Shown here: positions 56,109 to 64,000 of the stretch, in pieces
How positions within the stretch are numbered: position 1 is the first letter of the stretch
Layout of the letters: the number at the start of each line of letters is the position of its first letter
Origin: a virus
Length of the DNA: 64,000 nucleotides
Direction: 5' to 3' (one strand)
Virus record (IMG/VR): IMGVR_UViG_3300015371_000001
Coordinates: 1-64,000 of that record
Program-made: the position numbers and the translations under genes
Notes under the pieces: generated by a model
Told to the model about the DNA's origin: nothing
What the model saw: only the letters and a program-made list of their open reading frames with translations
Databases searched by the model: none

Positions 56109-56435
56109 ATGCCAACCACCGAGGCGCAGCGCCAGGCGAACCAGCGCTACAAGGCCAAGCGAGCGGCGTTGCTGTCCCTTGATCCAGGTGTCGTAGAGCA
56201 CGGGTCTGAGGACACGTACCAGAATTGGGGCTGTCGGTGCGAGGCGTGCAAGGCGGGGAACGCTGCGCGTGCGCTGGAGCGCCGTCAGGAGCGAAAGCTG
56301 CGGCTGGAGGCCGATCCCACGCTCACCGAGCACGGGAAGGAGTCCACCTACGTGAATTGGCTGTGCCGGTGCGGGGATTGCACTGCGGCGATGAGTAGGA
56401 AACGACATGCAGCAGGGCCCGGACAGCGTCACTGA
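56109..56435 (+). CDS. Protein with two HG..TY.NW.CRC..C zinc-finger repeats
   Basis: AAGGAG SD; repeat visible twice. Confidence 0.65.
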   Translation: MPTTEAQRQANQRYKAKRAALLSLDPGVVEHGSEDTYQNWGCRCEACKAGNAARALERRQERKLRLEADPTLTEHGKESTYVNWLCRCGDCTAAMSRKRHAAGPGQRH

Positions 56436-56551
56436 GCATGTCTGATCGTCTACGCACCTCTGATTCGGTCCCAGGGAGAGCGAAGCTGTAACTAGGGTGC
56501 AATAGGCATAGGGGTACATAAGGGTGAGCGTTTGAGACATGGAGGTGCGAG

Positions 56552-56929
56552 ATGCAGGTGATCCAGGTCAAGATCGATGCCTCTGAGGTATCGCATGAGC
56601 TAGACCGTCTGTCAGGGCACCCCACCCACTCCTTGATCGCTCTAGAGGCCGCCCTAGAGGCCACCTTCGAGGCGACCCAACTCGATGTGCATGTCATCAC
56701 CGGGTCACTACGCAATAGTGGTAAATCGGAATCTGGGTATCACAATGACCAATGGGAGGGGACGATTCAGTACGGGGGTAGAGCACCAGGTAGCCCACAT
56801 GCACAGGTGGATTATGCGTTCTATGAGTGGAGAAGGGGTGGAACGCATGATTTCCTGCGCGCAGTACCGGGGTTTAGAGAGACCTTTGCCGATGCAGTAG
56901 AGGCCCACTTCAATCCCAACGCTGTATAA
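56552..56929 (+). CDS. Neck/tail completion protein (HK97 gp10-like)
   Basis: VHVITGSLRNS...VDYA.YE...FL. Confidence 0.7.
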   Translation: MQVIQVKIDASEVSHELDRLSGHPTHSLIALEAALEATFEATQLDVHVITGSLRNSGKSESGYHNDQWEGTIQYGGRAPGSPHAQVDYAFYEWRRGGTHDFLRAVPGFRETFADAVEAHFNPNAV

Positions 56930-57005
56930 CAAGGGGCATAAGGATCAATGCGACCGGGTCACGTTTCGCTTATGTCACTTGTGATAAGAGAGGGTGGATA
57001 GATAC

Positions 57006-57485
57006 ATGACTGTAGTGCAGACAGACGACCTATTGAGCGCAGCACAGCAGTACCTTGCAGCGCAGTCTGATCTGACAGCACTGCTCGGGTCGGACAGCAC
57101 CTTTGATACATGGATCTTCAGGGAGGAGCTACTTGCCCCGGTCGAGACCACCGGCAAGGCGGCATTGTGTCTGCTACAGCAAGGGCAGTGGGCAACCCCG
57201 AACGACCACAACACGCTGCGCTTCCCCGTCCTCACCGTCGAGATCTATGTCGACCCACCCAGGGACAGCGAAGGCAACCCCACCACCACGTCCGTTTCAT
57301 CCCAGATCGATCACCTCTTTAGGGTGGTCGATCAGTACCTCCACCGTCCCCAGGGAGGGGAGCAACTGTGGGGGGACCTCCTCACGTACGGCTCACTGCG
57401 TGCCAGTGAGCCGTCCAGATTCCCCTGGGCGGATGTCGACAAGACCCAGGTGGTGCGGGTCGCCTACAACGTCAACATGGGGTAG
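57006..57485 (+). CDS. Tail terminator
   Basis: YLAAQSDLTALLG; position after neck gene. Confidence 0.65.
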   Translation: MTVVQTDDLLSAAQQYLAAQSDLTALLGSDSTFDTWIFREELLAPVETTGKAALCLLQQGQWATPNDHNTLRFPVLTVEIYVDPPRDSEGNPTTTSVSSQIDHLFRVVDQYLHRPQGGEQLWGDLLTYGSLRASEPSRFPWADVDKTQVVRVAYNVNMG

Positions 57486-57717
57486 CCACGAAGGAGGGTG
57501 ACCATCCCGGATGGTCACCCTCCCGCATTTTGGATTCAGTTTTTGACTAGAGCGGGTCCCCTCGATTTCAGATCTGCGAAAGATGACCTCACCAGGATCG
57601 TGGGGTGTGATGGACTCTCTACCGATAGATAGAGAACCCCGTAGCGCCACAGCAACCCACCTACGCATCACCTCCTAGACCCGGTAGACTCAACACACCG
57701 ATACATATGGAGGCAGC

Positions 57718-58092
57718 ATGAGCATGATTGACGCGCAGCAAGCGTCGAAGGAGCAGGTGGCCGACCTGCTCGACAAGACAGCGGACTGGTTCGACACGCA
57801 CAAGTGGATGAGGGGGGACTTCTTCACCAAGGACCGCTCTGCGGCGTGTGCGTACGGGGCCATGAAGATCGTCGGCGGGGTGGACAAGGCTCGGGCCGGG
57901 GACCCGGAGTGGTCGATCCGGAACGAGGTGGTCTGGGAGGGGCGCGAGGCGTTCGAGAAGTGCCTGCGCAAGGACTACGGGCCGACCGCCATCGGGGTCT
58001 ACACCTGGAACGACGAGCAGGCGAAGGACAAGCGCACGGTGCAGCGAGCGCTGCGTCGGTGCGCACGTCGCCTGAGGGGTGGCAAGTCGTGA
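57718..58092 (+). CDS. DUF6197-like hypothetical protein
   Basis: TADWFDTHKW...CAYGAM...WND; GGAGG SD. Confidence 0.65.
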   Translation: MSMIDAQQASKEQVADLLDKTADWFDTHKWMRGDFFTKDRSAACAYGAMKIVGGVDKARAGDPEWSIRNEVVWEGREAFEKCLRKDYGPTAIGVYTWNDEQAKDKRTVQRALRRCARRLRGGKS

Positions 58093-58340
58093 TGAGTGCG
58101 GAGAGCGAGAAGATCTGGAGCGGCGTCGTCAAGGTCCTGATCGCGGCGGTGACGCTGGTGGTCGCGCTGATCGTGGCCGGGGTGGTGATCACGTCGGTGA
58201 AGGCGTCGGACTCCAAGTTGCCGTCCTGCAACCCCTACGAGGTGATCGTGGGCTCGGGCGACTACGACGCTGCCAGCGGGGAGTGGGATACTTACACCTG
58301 TAAGCCGGTTGCCGAGCTACAACCCGAGGGGTCGTCATGA
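58092..58340 (+). CDS. Membrane protein
   Basis: Single TM; TGATG coupling. Confidence 0.6.
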   Translation: MSAESEKIWSGVVKVLIAAVTLVVALIVAGVVITSVKASDSKLPSCNPYEVIVGSGDYDAASGEWDTYTCKPVAELQPEGSS

Positions 58341-58618
58341 GCCGTCTGAGCGCGAAGCTGACCTACGAGGAGAACGTGCGCTTGAACAAGGCGTTCTACG
58401 TCTGCATGATCCTGACGCTCGCTGTCGTGGCGGGTGCGTTCGTGCCAGGCGTGTCTGACTGGCTGTTCTTGGTGCTGGTCGTCGCCGACGCGGTGGCCCT
58501 GGCGGTCTGGGCGTTCATGATCTACAGCGCGAGCAAGGCGGTGAAGTCGCGCGAGAAGATCGAGTTCACCGACGACCCGAACGACACGGGTGGGTACGAC
58601 GGGCGAGTTCAGGAATGA
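58337..58618 (+). CDS. Membrane protein (2 TM)
   Basis: Two hydrophobic helices. Confidence 0.6.
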   Translation: MSRLSAKLTYEENVRLNKAFYVCMILTLAVVAGAFVPGVSDWLFLVLVVADAVALAVWAFMIYSASKAVKSREKIEFTDDPNDTGGYDGRVQE

Positions 58619-58913
58619 AGCGCTTCTACTGCGCGCGGTGTGTCGAGTGCGCTGGCTGGTACCAGGCGCAGGAGACGACGGGGCACATCTCGCTGACGGT
58701 GATCCGGGAGATTTCGCGGCACTTCACCGAGCACGAGGATCACAGCGTGTTGGTGTGGATTGAGCAGAGAGCCACAGACGGCGATTAGAGACACGCGACC
58801 CCCTTCCGTGGGTAGTTGGGCGGAGGGGGGTCTGTTCGCGTCTGAGAGGTGCCACAGCGTCGCAGTATGAGGGCAAGGAAGATGAGTCACTGCTGGGTAT
58901 AAGGAACCTGGAG

Positions 58914-59354
58914 GTGACGATGAGCAAGGGCGCGCACAAGCTGGGCAAGGGAGAGGTCGTGGAGAACGGTTCGTGGGGCTCTGGCAGACCTGAGATCCGG
59001 GCGTTGCAGGACCAGGTGGCCGGATGGGCGGCGGACAAGCCGTTCAAGCAGAAGGGGAATCCGGCGATGGCGGGGTGCAAGCTGGCCGAGGAGGTCGGGG
59101 AAGCGCTCGGGTGCCTGGTTCGGATGGAGCAGGGGGTTCAGGCTCCGCCCGACTACTGGCTGGGGCGGCTGGCGCAGGAGCTAGGCGATGTCCAGATCAT
59201 CCTGAGCCGACTGGCTGACGTGGTGGGGCTGGATCTGAGCGTGTGCGCCTGGAATCGGTGGTCCGAGGTCTCACAGCGCGACGTGATGGCTCCGCGTACG
59301 CCGGAGGAGCGGCAGGCGGCGGCGCTGGCCGGGTGGACGGTGGCGGATGAGTGA
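58914..59354 (+). CDS. MazG-like nucleotide pyrophosphohydrolase
   Basis: KLAEEVGE...ELGDV. Confidence 0.85.
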   Translation: MTMSKGAHKLGKGEVVENGSWGSGRPEIRALQDQVAGWAADKPFKQKGNPAMAGCKLAEEVGEALGCLVRMEQGVQAPPDYWLGRLAQELGDVQIILSRLADVVGLDLSVCAWNRWSEVSQRDVMAPRTPEERQAAALAGWTVADE

Positions 59355-59500
59355 CTGGTTTTGCGCCAAATGCATCCTCCTCGATGCGGAGGAGCTTCGA
59401 GACCGGTATGGCGACCAGAGCCCGTTTCCCGCACGTCGCGCGATCACGGTCTGGAAGGGCACGGCCTTGTGCGGGGAGCATCTTGTCCGTGAGGAGTCGG

Positions 59501-59833
59501 ATGAGTGAGCAAGGTCCTTCCCCCGAAGGGGGAAGGAGTGATCAGACCGATGCCAAGATGCTCGCAGCGGCGCATGGGTACTACGACGGGCTGAGCGGCG
59601 AGAAGAAGCAGTTGGTCGACTGGCACATGGCGTCCGGTGAGGCTCAGAAGGTCAGCCGGTTGCTCTGGGAGGCTCGCGAGATCGCCTCGATGTACTACGA
59701 CGTAATCAAGAAGCGGACCGGGCTGAACGATCATTACTCCTCGCGTCTGATTCGTCAGATCGATGCGTACCGGGCGCTGAAGGGCTGGAGCCCGGACGGA
59801 TTCGGAGGAGAGGGTCCAGATGGGCATGAATGA
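59501..59833 (+). CDS. Hypothetical protein
   Basis: GAGGAG SD. Confidence 0.55.
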   Translation: MSEQGPSPEGGRSDQTDAKMLAAAHGYYDGLSGEKKQLVDWHMASGEAQKVSRLLWEAREIASMYYDVIKKRTGLNDHYSSRLIRQIDAYRALKGWSPDGFGGEGPDGHE

Positions 59834-60146
59834 CGCGACCGAGTACGCCTGGTCGACGCTGAGTTTCTGGTGGCGGGTCCTGGCGGTCGTCTTGATCGTG
59901 GTGCCGGTCGGCGTGCTGGGGTTCGGCATGATCCAGGCGACCTACTACGACGAGTACGACTGGTTGATCGGCGGCGTGATCCTTTACCTCGCGGTGGTCG
60001 CCGCAATGATGTCGCTCGGGTTCAGGATGGCGATGAGGGAGCTTGCCAAGCTGAAGAAGGAGCACGATGACCTGGTTGGGCGACGAGATCGAGCGGGCCA
60101 GGGTCCGGAGACACATTCTGAGCGAGATGAGACGGACGATGCCTAA
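59826..60146 (+). CDS. Membrane protein (2 TM)
   Basis: Two hydrophobic helices. Confidence 0.6.
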   Translation: MNDATEYAWSTLSFWWRVLAVVLIVVPVGVLGFGMIQATYYDEYDWLIGGVILYLAVVAAMMSLGFRMAMRELAKLKKEHDDLVGRRDRAGQGPETHSERDETDDA

Positions 60147-60495
60147 ACACGACCCAACCGGTGACCCGACGCCGAGCTTTGAACACGCGACGCCGTTGCA
60201 GCCGCGACCGGGCGGATACGACCCGAGGCCGGATCTGGCGCAGTTCCCCAAGCCCAGGGACTACGAGTTGGCGATCCAGCAGAAGCAGCGGATCGATGCG
60301 CTGCGGGCTGCCAAGGAGATCCTGGGGCCGGACGCTGACGTGGTCGACCTCCACACGGTGGCCGAGTACATCCTGAAGGGAGGCGACCCGTGGTCAGGGG
60401 CCAAGGCTCTCCCGAAGGCGCTGCCTGAGCCGACCTATGAGCAGATGTCAGACCCAACCCGGATTCAGCCTCACCTCAAAGACAACGAGACGTAG
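60067..60495 (+). CDS. Hypothetical protein
   Basis: AAGGAG SD. Confidence 0.55.
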   Translation: MTWLGDEIERARVRRHILSEMRRTMPKHDPTGDPTPSFEHATPLQPRPGGYDPRPDLAQFPKPRDYELAIQQKQRIDALRAAKEILGPDADVVDLHTVAEYILKGGDPWSGAKALPKALPEPTYEQMSDPTRIQPHLKDNET

Positions 60496-60531
60496 GTCCT
60501 TTCCCCGAAGGGGAAAGGAGGGAGTGTCATC

Positions 60532-60783
60532 ATGGCTGATTCACCTCACAAGTCCGAACACCACACCTGGCCGACCGTGTTCTGGTGCTGGGTCTGTGCC
60601 ATCGAGACGCCGCATGACATCGAGCCCGGTGAGTACCTAGTAAGTGGGCACGCGCTTTGTTACACCCACATGCGTCAGCGCGGCGAGGTGACTGAGCGGC
60701 GGGGCTGGAAGGCCAAGGACGAGGAGAAGGACGATGTGGGTTACCGGACACATCCTCAGGTCACTCAGGGCAACGGACCGTAG
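60532..60783 (+). CDS. Hypothetical protein
   Basis: AAGGAGGGAG SD; CxxC...CxxH. Confidence 0.55.
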   Translation: MADSPHKSEHHTWPTVFWCWVCAIETPHDIEPGEYLVSGHALCYTHMRQRGEVTERRGWKAKDEEKDDVGYRTHPQVTQGNGP

Positions 60784-61131
60784 ATGATGGCCAAGCAGAA
60801 GTTGTCGTCTCGTCTCCCCGAGATCCTGGACGAGACGACGCACTACGAACCTCTGGACTACGTCGAGCCGGATGAGCCACCGACCGACGAGGACCTGTCA
60901 GGCCGTAGGGACGCGCTCTATCGGTTCTGGGCGGATCTCAACGCGATGATCCCGGATCGGGAGTACTGGAGCCCGCCGATCTTCAAGTGTCGTCGGTGCG
61001 GAGCCGGGGTCGAGGACCGGTTCACGCACTACCGGTGGCATCTGAGCAACGTCGAGCAGGCAGCGCGCACCATCGTCATGCACGAGACGGTGACGGCGCT
61101 GTGGGGAGGCCAAGATGGACAAGTGTCCTGA
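60784..61131 (+). CDS. C2H2 zinc-finger-like protein
   Basis: CRRCGA.V.D...H..WH. Confidence 0.6.
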   Translation: MMAKQKLSSRLPEILDETTHYEPLDYVEPDEPPTDEDLSGRRDALYRFWADLNAMIPDREYWSPPIFKCRRCGAGVEDRFTHYRWHLSNVEQAARTIVMHETVTALWGGQDGQVS

Positions 61132-61512
61132 GTGTGAGTTGACCAGCGGCATGTACCAGGGCTTCAAGGGTGTGTGGTGTTGCGACAACTGTGGTTGGTA
61201 CGAGGGCAAGGAGGCAGACGTGGCGAAGCCGGAGCTTCGAGAGCCAGAGATCCGTCCGTGATCGACCGCGAGACCGAGGTAGCGGTCATCAAAGCGGCGG
61301 ACGAGCTATCGGACGCGGTTGCGGCGGCGATGGCGTTCGCGACGCAGTACGACGGGAAGGCGTATCACACCGGCCACCTTCAGCGAGCGTTGGTCGAGTG
61401 GGTCGAGACGCGCTACGAGCTAAAGCAGCCAGATCAACAGCAAGATGACCACCACGACCAGGATGATCCCACCAATAGTCATGGGTAGCCTGTACCCAGG
61501 AGGCAGCACTTC

Positions 61513-61893
61513 ATGAGCCAGACCGAGCTTGCCGATGGCAACCCGATGAAGCCCAAGCGGGAGACCGTCTTTACCGATTGGCCGTCGACCTACGCCGATG
61601 TCGAGCGGTGGTACCAGGTCATGGTCCGGGCCGTGACCGACGGCTCGCCGTTGGAGTACATCCGCTCCATCGAGGACACGACACAGCTTCAAGATTTGGT
61701 GTTCTTGATGGCGATGCTCGGCAAGGGGTTCTTCGAAAAGGAGGCGAAGAATGCCGAGATCGACGCCAAGACGTTGCTGTCGATGATGAAGGGCTTCCTG
61801 CTGGTCGAGTTGAAGGAAGCCGAGGAGAAGATCGAGTCCGGCGAGATGACCGGCGATCAGATTTTGGCGGACTTGAAGCGGAGGTTTGGATGA
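61513..61893 (+). CDS. Hypothetical protein
   Basis: AGGAGG SD. Confidence 0.65.
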   Translation: MSQTELADGNPMKPKRETVFTDWPSTYADVERWYQVMVRAVTDGSPLEYIRSIEDTTQLQDLVFLMAMLGKGFFEKEAKNAEIDAKTLLSMMKGFLLVELKEAEEKIESGEMTGDQILADLKRRFG

Positions 61894-61948
61894 GAGTCCT
61901 TCTACGAGCCCGACGGTGGTTCGTCCGCAAGATCCTACGGAGGCAGTG

Positions 61949-62527
61949 ATGTTTCTGGACGAGACCAAGTGCAACTGCGGCACGTTCGACGGTGGTCACC
62001 CCGGCGACTGTGCCGGATGGACCGACGACCGGACGCCGTATGAGTTCGGTGTCATCGAGCCGTTGTCTGGCGAGGGGCCGGATCGGTTCTGTACGTACTG
62101 CGGCGACATCGCCGTGACGGTGGAGCGGATCACGGTCGCCAACGACCCGATGGGCCGTCTCTACCTTCGTTGCCAGACGCACACGGCGCTGCGAGAGGGC
62201 CAGAACGTCAGGGTGACGTTCTGGAACTATCGAGTGACCCGAGAGGTTGTTGGCGGCGAGGACGTGTATGCGGTCCGGGAGTTCTACTACGAGAACGATG
62301 AGATCAAGGCGTGGTCGGTGGACCCGAAGGGACCGCGCGGCGACACCTACGTTGAGCTTGTGACCGACTACACCATGTTCGCGGCGGCGTTCAACCACCC
62401 GACGCTGGACATCACCGATGCCAAGAGGCCGTCGGACATCATCGAGATTCCGCTGGAGCAGTCTCGTGAAGCAGCCAGGGCTGAGTTCGTGCAGGCGCTC
62501 CAGGACCACGGCACCTTTTGTGATTGA
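61949..62527 (+). CDS. Hypothetical protein
   Basis: GGAGG SD; WNYRV...YAVREFYY motif. Confidence 0.6.
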   Translation: MFLDETKCNCGTFDGGHPGDCAGWTDDRTPYEFGVIEPLSGEGPDRFCTYCGDIAVTVERITVANDPMGRLYLRCQTHTALREGQNVRVTFWNYRVTREVVGGEDVYAVREFYYENDEIKAWSVDPKGPRGDTYVELVTDYTMFAAAFNHPTLDITDAKRPSDIIEIPLEQSREAARAEFVQALQDHGTFCD

Positions 62528-62662
62528 GTTGCCTGTGTAGTGAAACACCGTGAGGACCCTCCTCTGTCCTGGCACATGCTGGGGTTCTTCCTCCTCGGGG
62601 TCCTCGTGGTCACACCGGCCATGTGCTGGGCTCTGGTCCATTTCTTCGGATAGAGGAGGAGT

Positions 62663-63895
62663 ATGAAGATCATCGTGGAGGCCCCGCTGTCCACGTTCTC
62701 GGGCTACGGGAACGATGGCATCGGGATGATCATGGCGCTGGTGCAGATGGGCCATGACGTGTACCTGGAGCCGAAGGTCGTGCAGCCGCCGCTCCCGACC
62801 GAGGTCGCTGAGCTACTGACGAAACCTCTGGCTTCCCCGTTTGATCTCGCCATTCACCACGTAGATCCTGGCCAGCTTGGCTTCGAGCAGCCGGAAGCAC
62901 CGGCCAAGGCCCAAGCCGCCGAGGTGAACGTCGGTTGGACGATGTGGGAGTACTCCACCTTGGACAACCTGCCGGGACGGAGCCTGGTACGGGACCGGTG
63001 GAAGTACTTCGACGCGATCTTGTGCTACGACGATGTCACTGCTGGAGCTTTGGACCCCAGAGTTGGTCGTTACGTGGACGTGACCAAAGACGAGCAGGGC
63101 TACCTGCACCAGACGACCACTAAGGAGGAGGTGAAGTTCCCCGTCCTCCAGGGCGGTTACTGGCCGAGTCGATGGCCGCACGTCGACCGTGATTGGTTCG
63201 GCGACCGGTTCGGCTTCTGCATGATTGGGATGCTCCACGAGCGCAAGGACCCGTTCACCGCGATCAACGCCTTTGCTGAGTTGAAGCGTGAGAAGGGTGC
63301 GGAGTTCGAGGGAGCCGAACTACATCTCAAGACGCAGTCGCCGGGGCTTCATCCTCAGATGGAGAAGATCTACCCCAAGGTCAGGGTTCACTATGTCAAC
63401 TGGACCACGGACAAGCTGCGAGCCTTCATGTCGTTCCAGCACTGCCTCCTCGCGCCGAGCCGGGGCGAGGGCAAGAACATGCCCGCGCTGGAGTTCATGT
63501 CGACGGGCGGGACCGCCATCGCCACAGCCTGGGGCGGGCACACGCAGTGGCTCAACCCGGAGTACTCGCTGGGGATCGACTACACCTTGGCTCCGGTGTC
63601 GGGTGGCAAGTACCCCAACTGTATGAACGCTCGCGCGTCCAAGGACCACCTCAAGGAGTTGATGTGGCGGGTCTACTCCGACCGGCAGTACGCCAAGAAG
63701 CTGGGCGACAACGCCGCCAGGGCGATTCCCAACTCTCACAGTTGGACGAACGTCATGGAGCGGTTCTTCCTGCGGCTCAAGGACGAGATCACGTTCAAGG
63801 ACAAGGGTCGTGCGCTGTACGAGAAGCATGTGGCGACCAAGTCGGAGGCACAGAGGGAGTCCGAATGGCAGCGCCAGACGCCAGTGAGCTACTGA
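62663..63895 (+). CDS. Glycosyltransferase family 4 (GT-B)
   Basis: SGYG, RKD, PSRGEG.NMPALE..STG. Confidence 0.88.
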   Translation: MKIIVEAPLSTFSGYGNDGIGMIMALVQMGHDVYLEPKVVQPPLPTEVAELLTKPLASPFDLAIHHVDPGQLGFEQPEAPAKAQAAEVNVGWTMWEYSTLDNLPGRSLVRDRWKYFDAILCYDDVTAGALDPRVGRYVDVTKDEQGYLHQTTTKEEVKFPVLQGGYWPSRWPHVDRDWFGDRFGFCMIGMLHERKDPFTAINAFAELKREKGAEFEGAELHLKTQSPGLHPQMEKIYPKVRVHYVNWTTDKLRAFMSFQHCLLAPSRGEGKNMPALEFMSTGGTAIATAWGGHTQWLNPEYSLGIDYTLAPVSGGKYPNCMNARASKDHLKELMWRVYSDRQYAKKLGDNAARAIPNSHSWTNVMERFFLRLKDEITFKDKGRALYEKHVATKSEAQRESEWQRQTPVSY

Positions 63896-64000
63896 TGGAT
63901 CGTCAAGAGTGCGGTCCTTGGTGTCCGGTCTGCCACATTCTTCGGCCTGCTGATGGGATCGCCCGTTCGGAGTACTGGATCTCGCTGACCAGTCGGCTCA

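Overview
High-GC, almost entirely + strand segment of a large tailed actinobacteriophage genome (host probably an actinomycete). Order: small early genes including a Fic protein (1-5.5 kb); a 36-tRNA array covering all 20 amino acids, interleaved with many structured non-coding spacers (5.7-11.6 kb); recombination/replication genes (split SbcC/Rad50, SbcD/Mre11, dCMP deaminase, PD-(D/E)XK nuclease, DnaN, DnaX), a secreted Ca-binding repeat protein, a 957-aa radical SAM enzyme and a methyltransferase/glycosyltransferase/epimerase cluster (11.7-27 kb); a head module (27-46.5 kb) with two huge ORFs apparently joined by a -1 frameshift, terminase, a 1987-aa portal fused to ADP-ribosyltransferase/zincin cargo, MuF-like protein, protease/scaffold, decoration and major capsid proteins; then accessory genes, more ncRNA, a GH25 endolysin, neck genes and a GT4 glycosyltransferase. 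The most striking element is a self-contained unit at 46.6-47.9 kb: a promoter, a conserved 246-aa gene of unknown function, and a ~480-nt 3' RNA containing two circularly permuted tRNA elbows, two separate tRNA-Lys anticodon-loop mimics and three CAAGTTCAT repeats, closed by a terminator. All family assignments come from reading motifs by eye and from recall; no searches were run.
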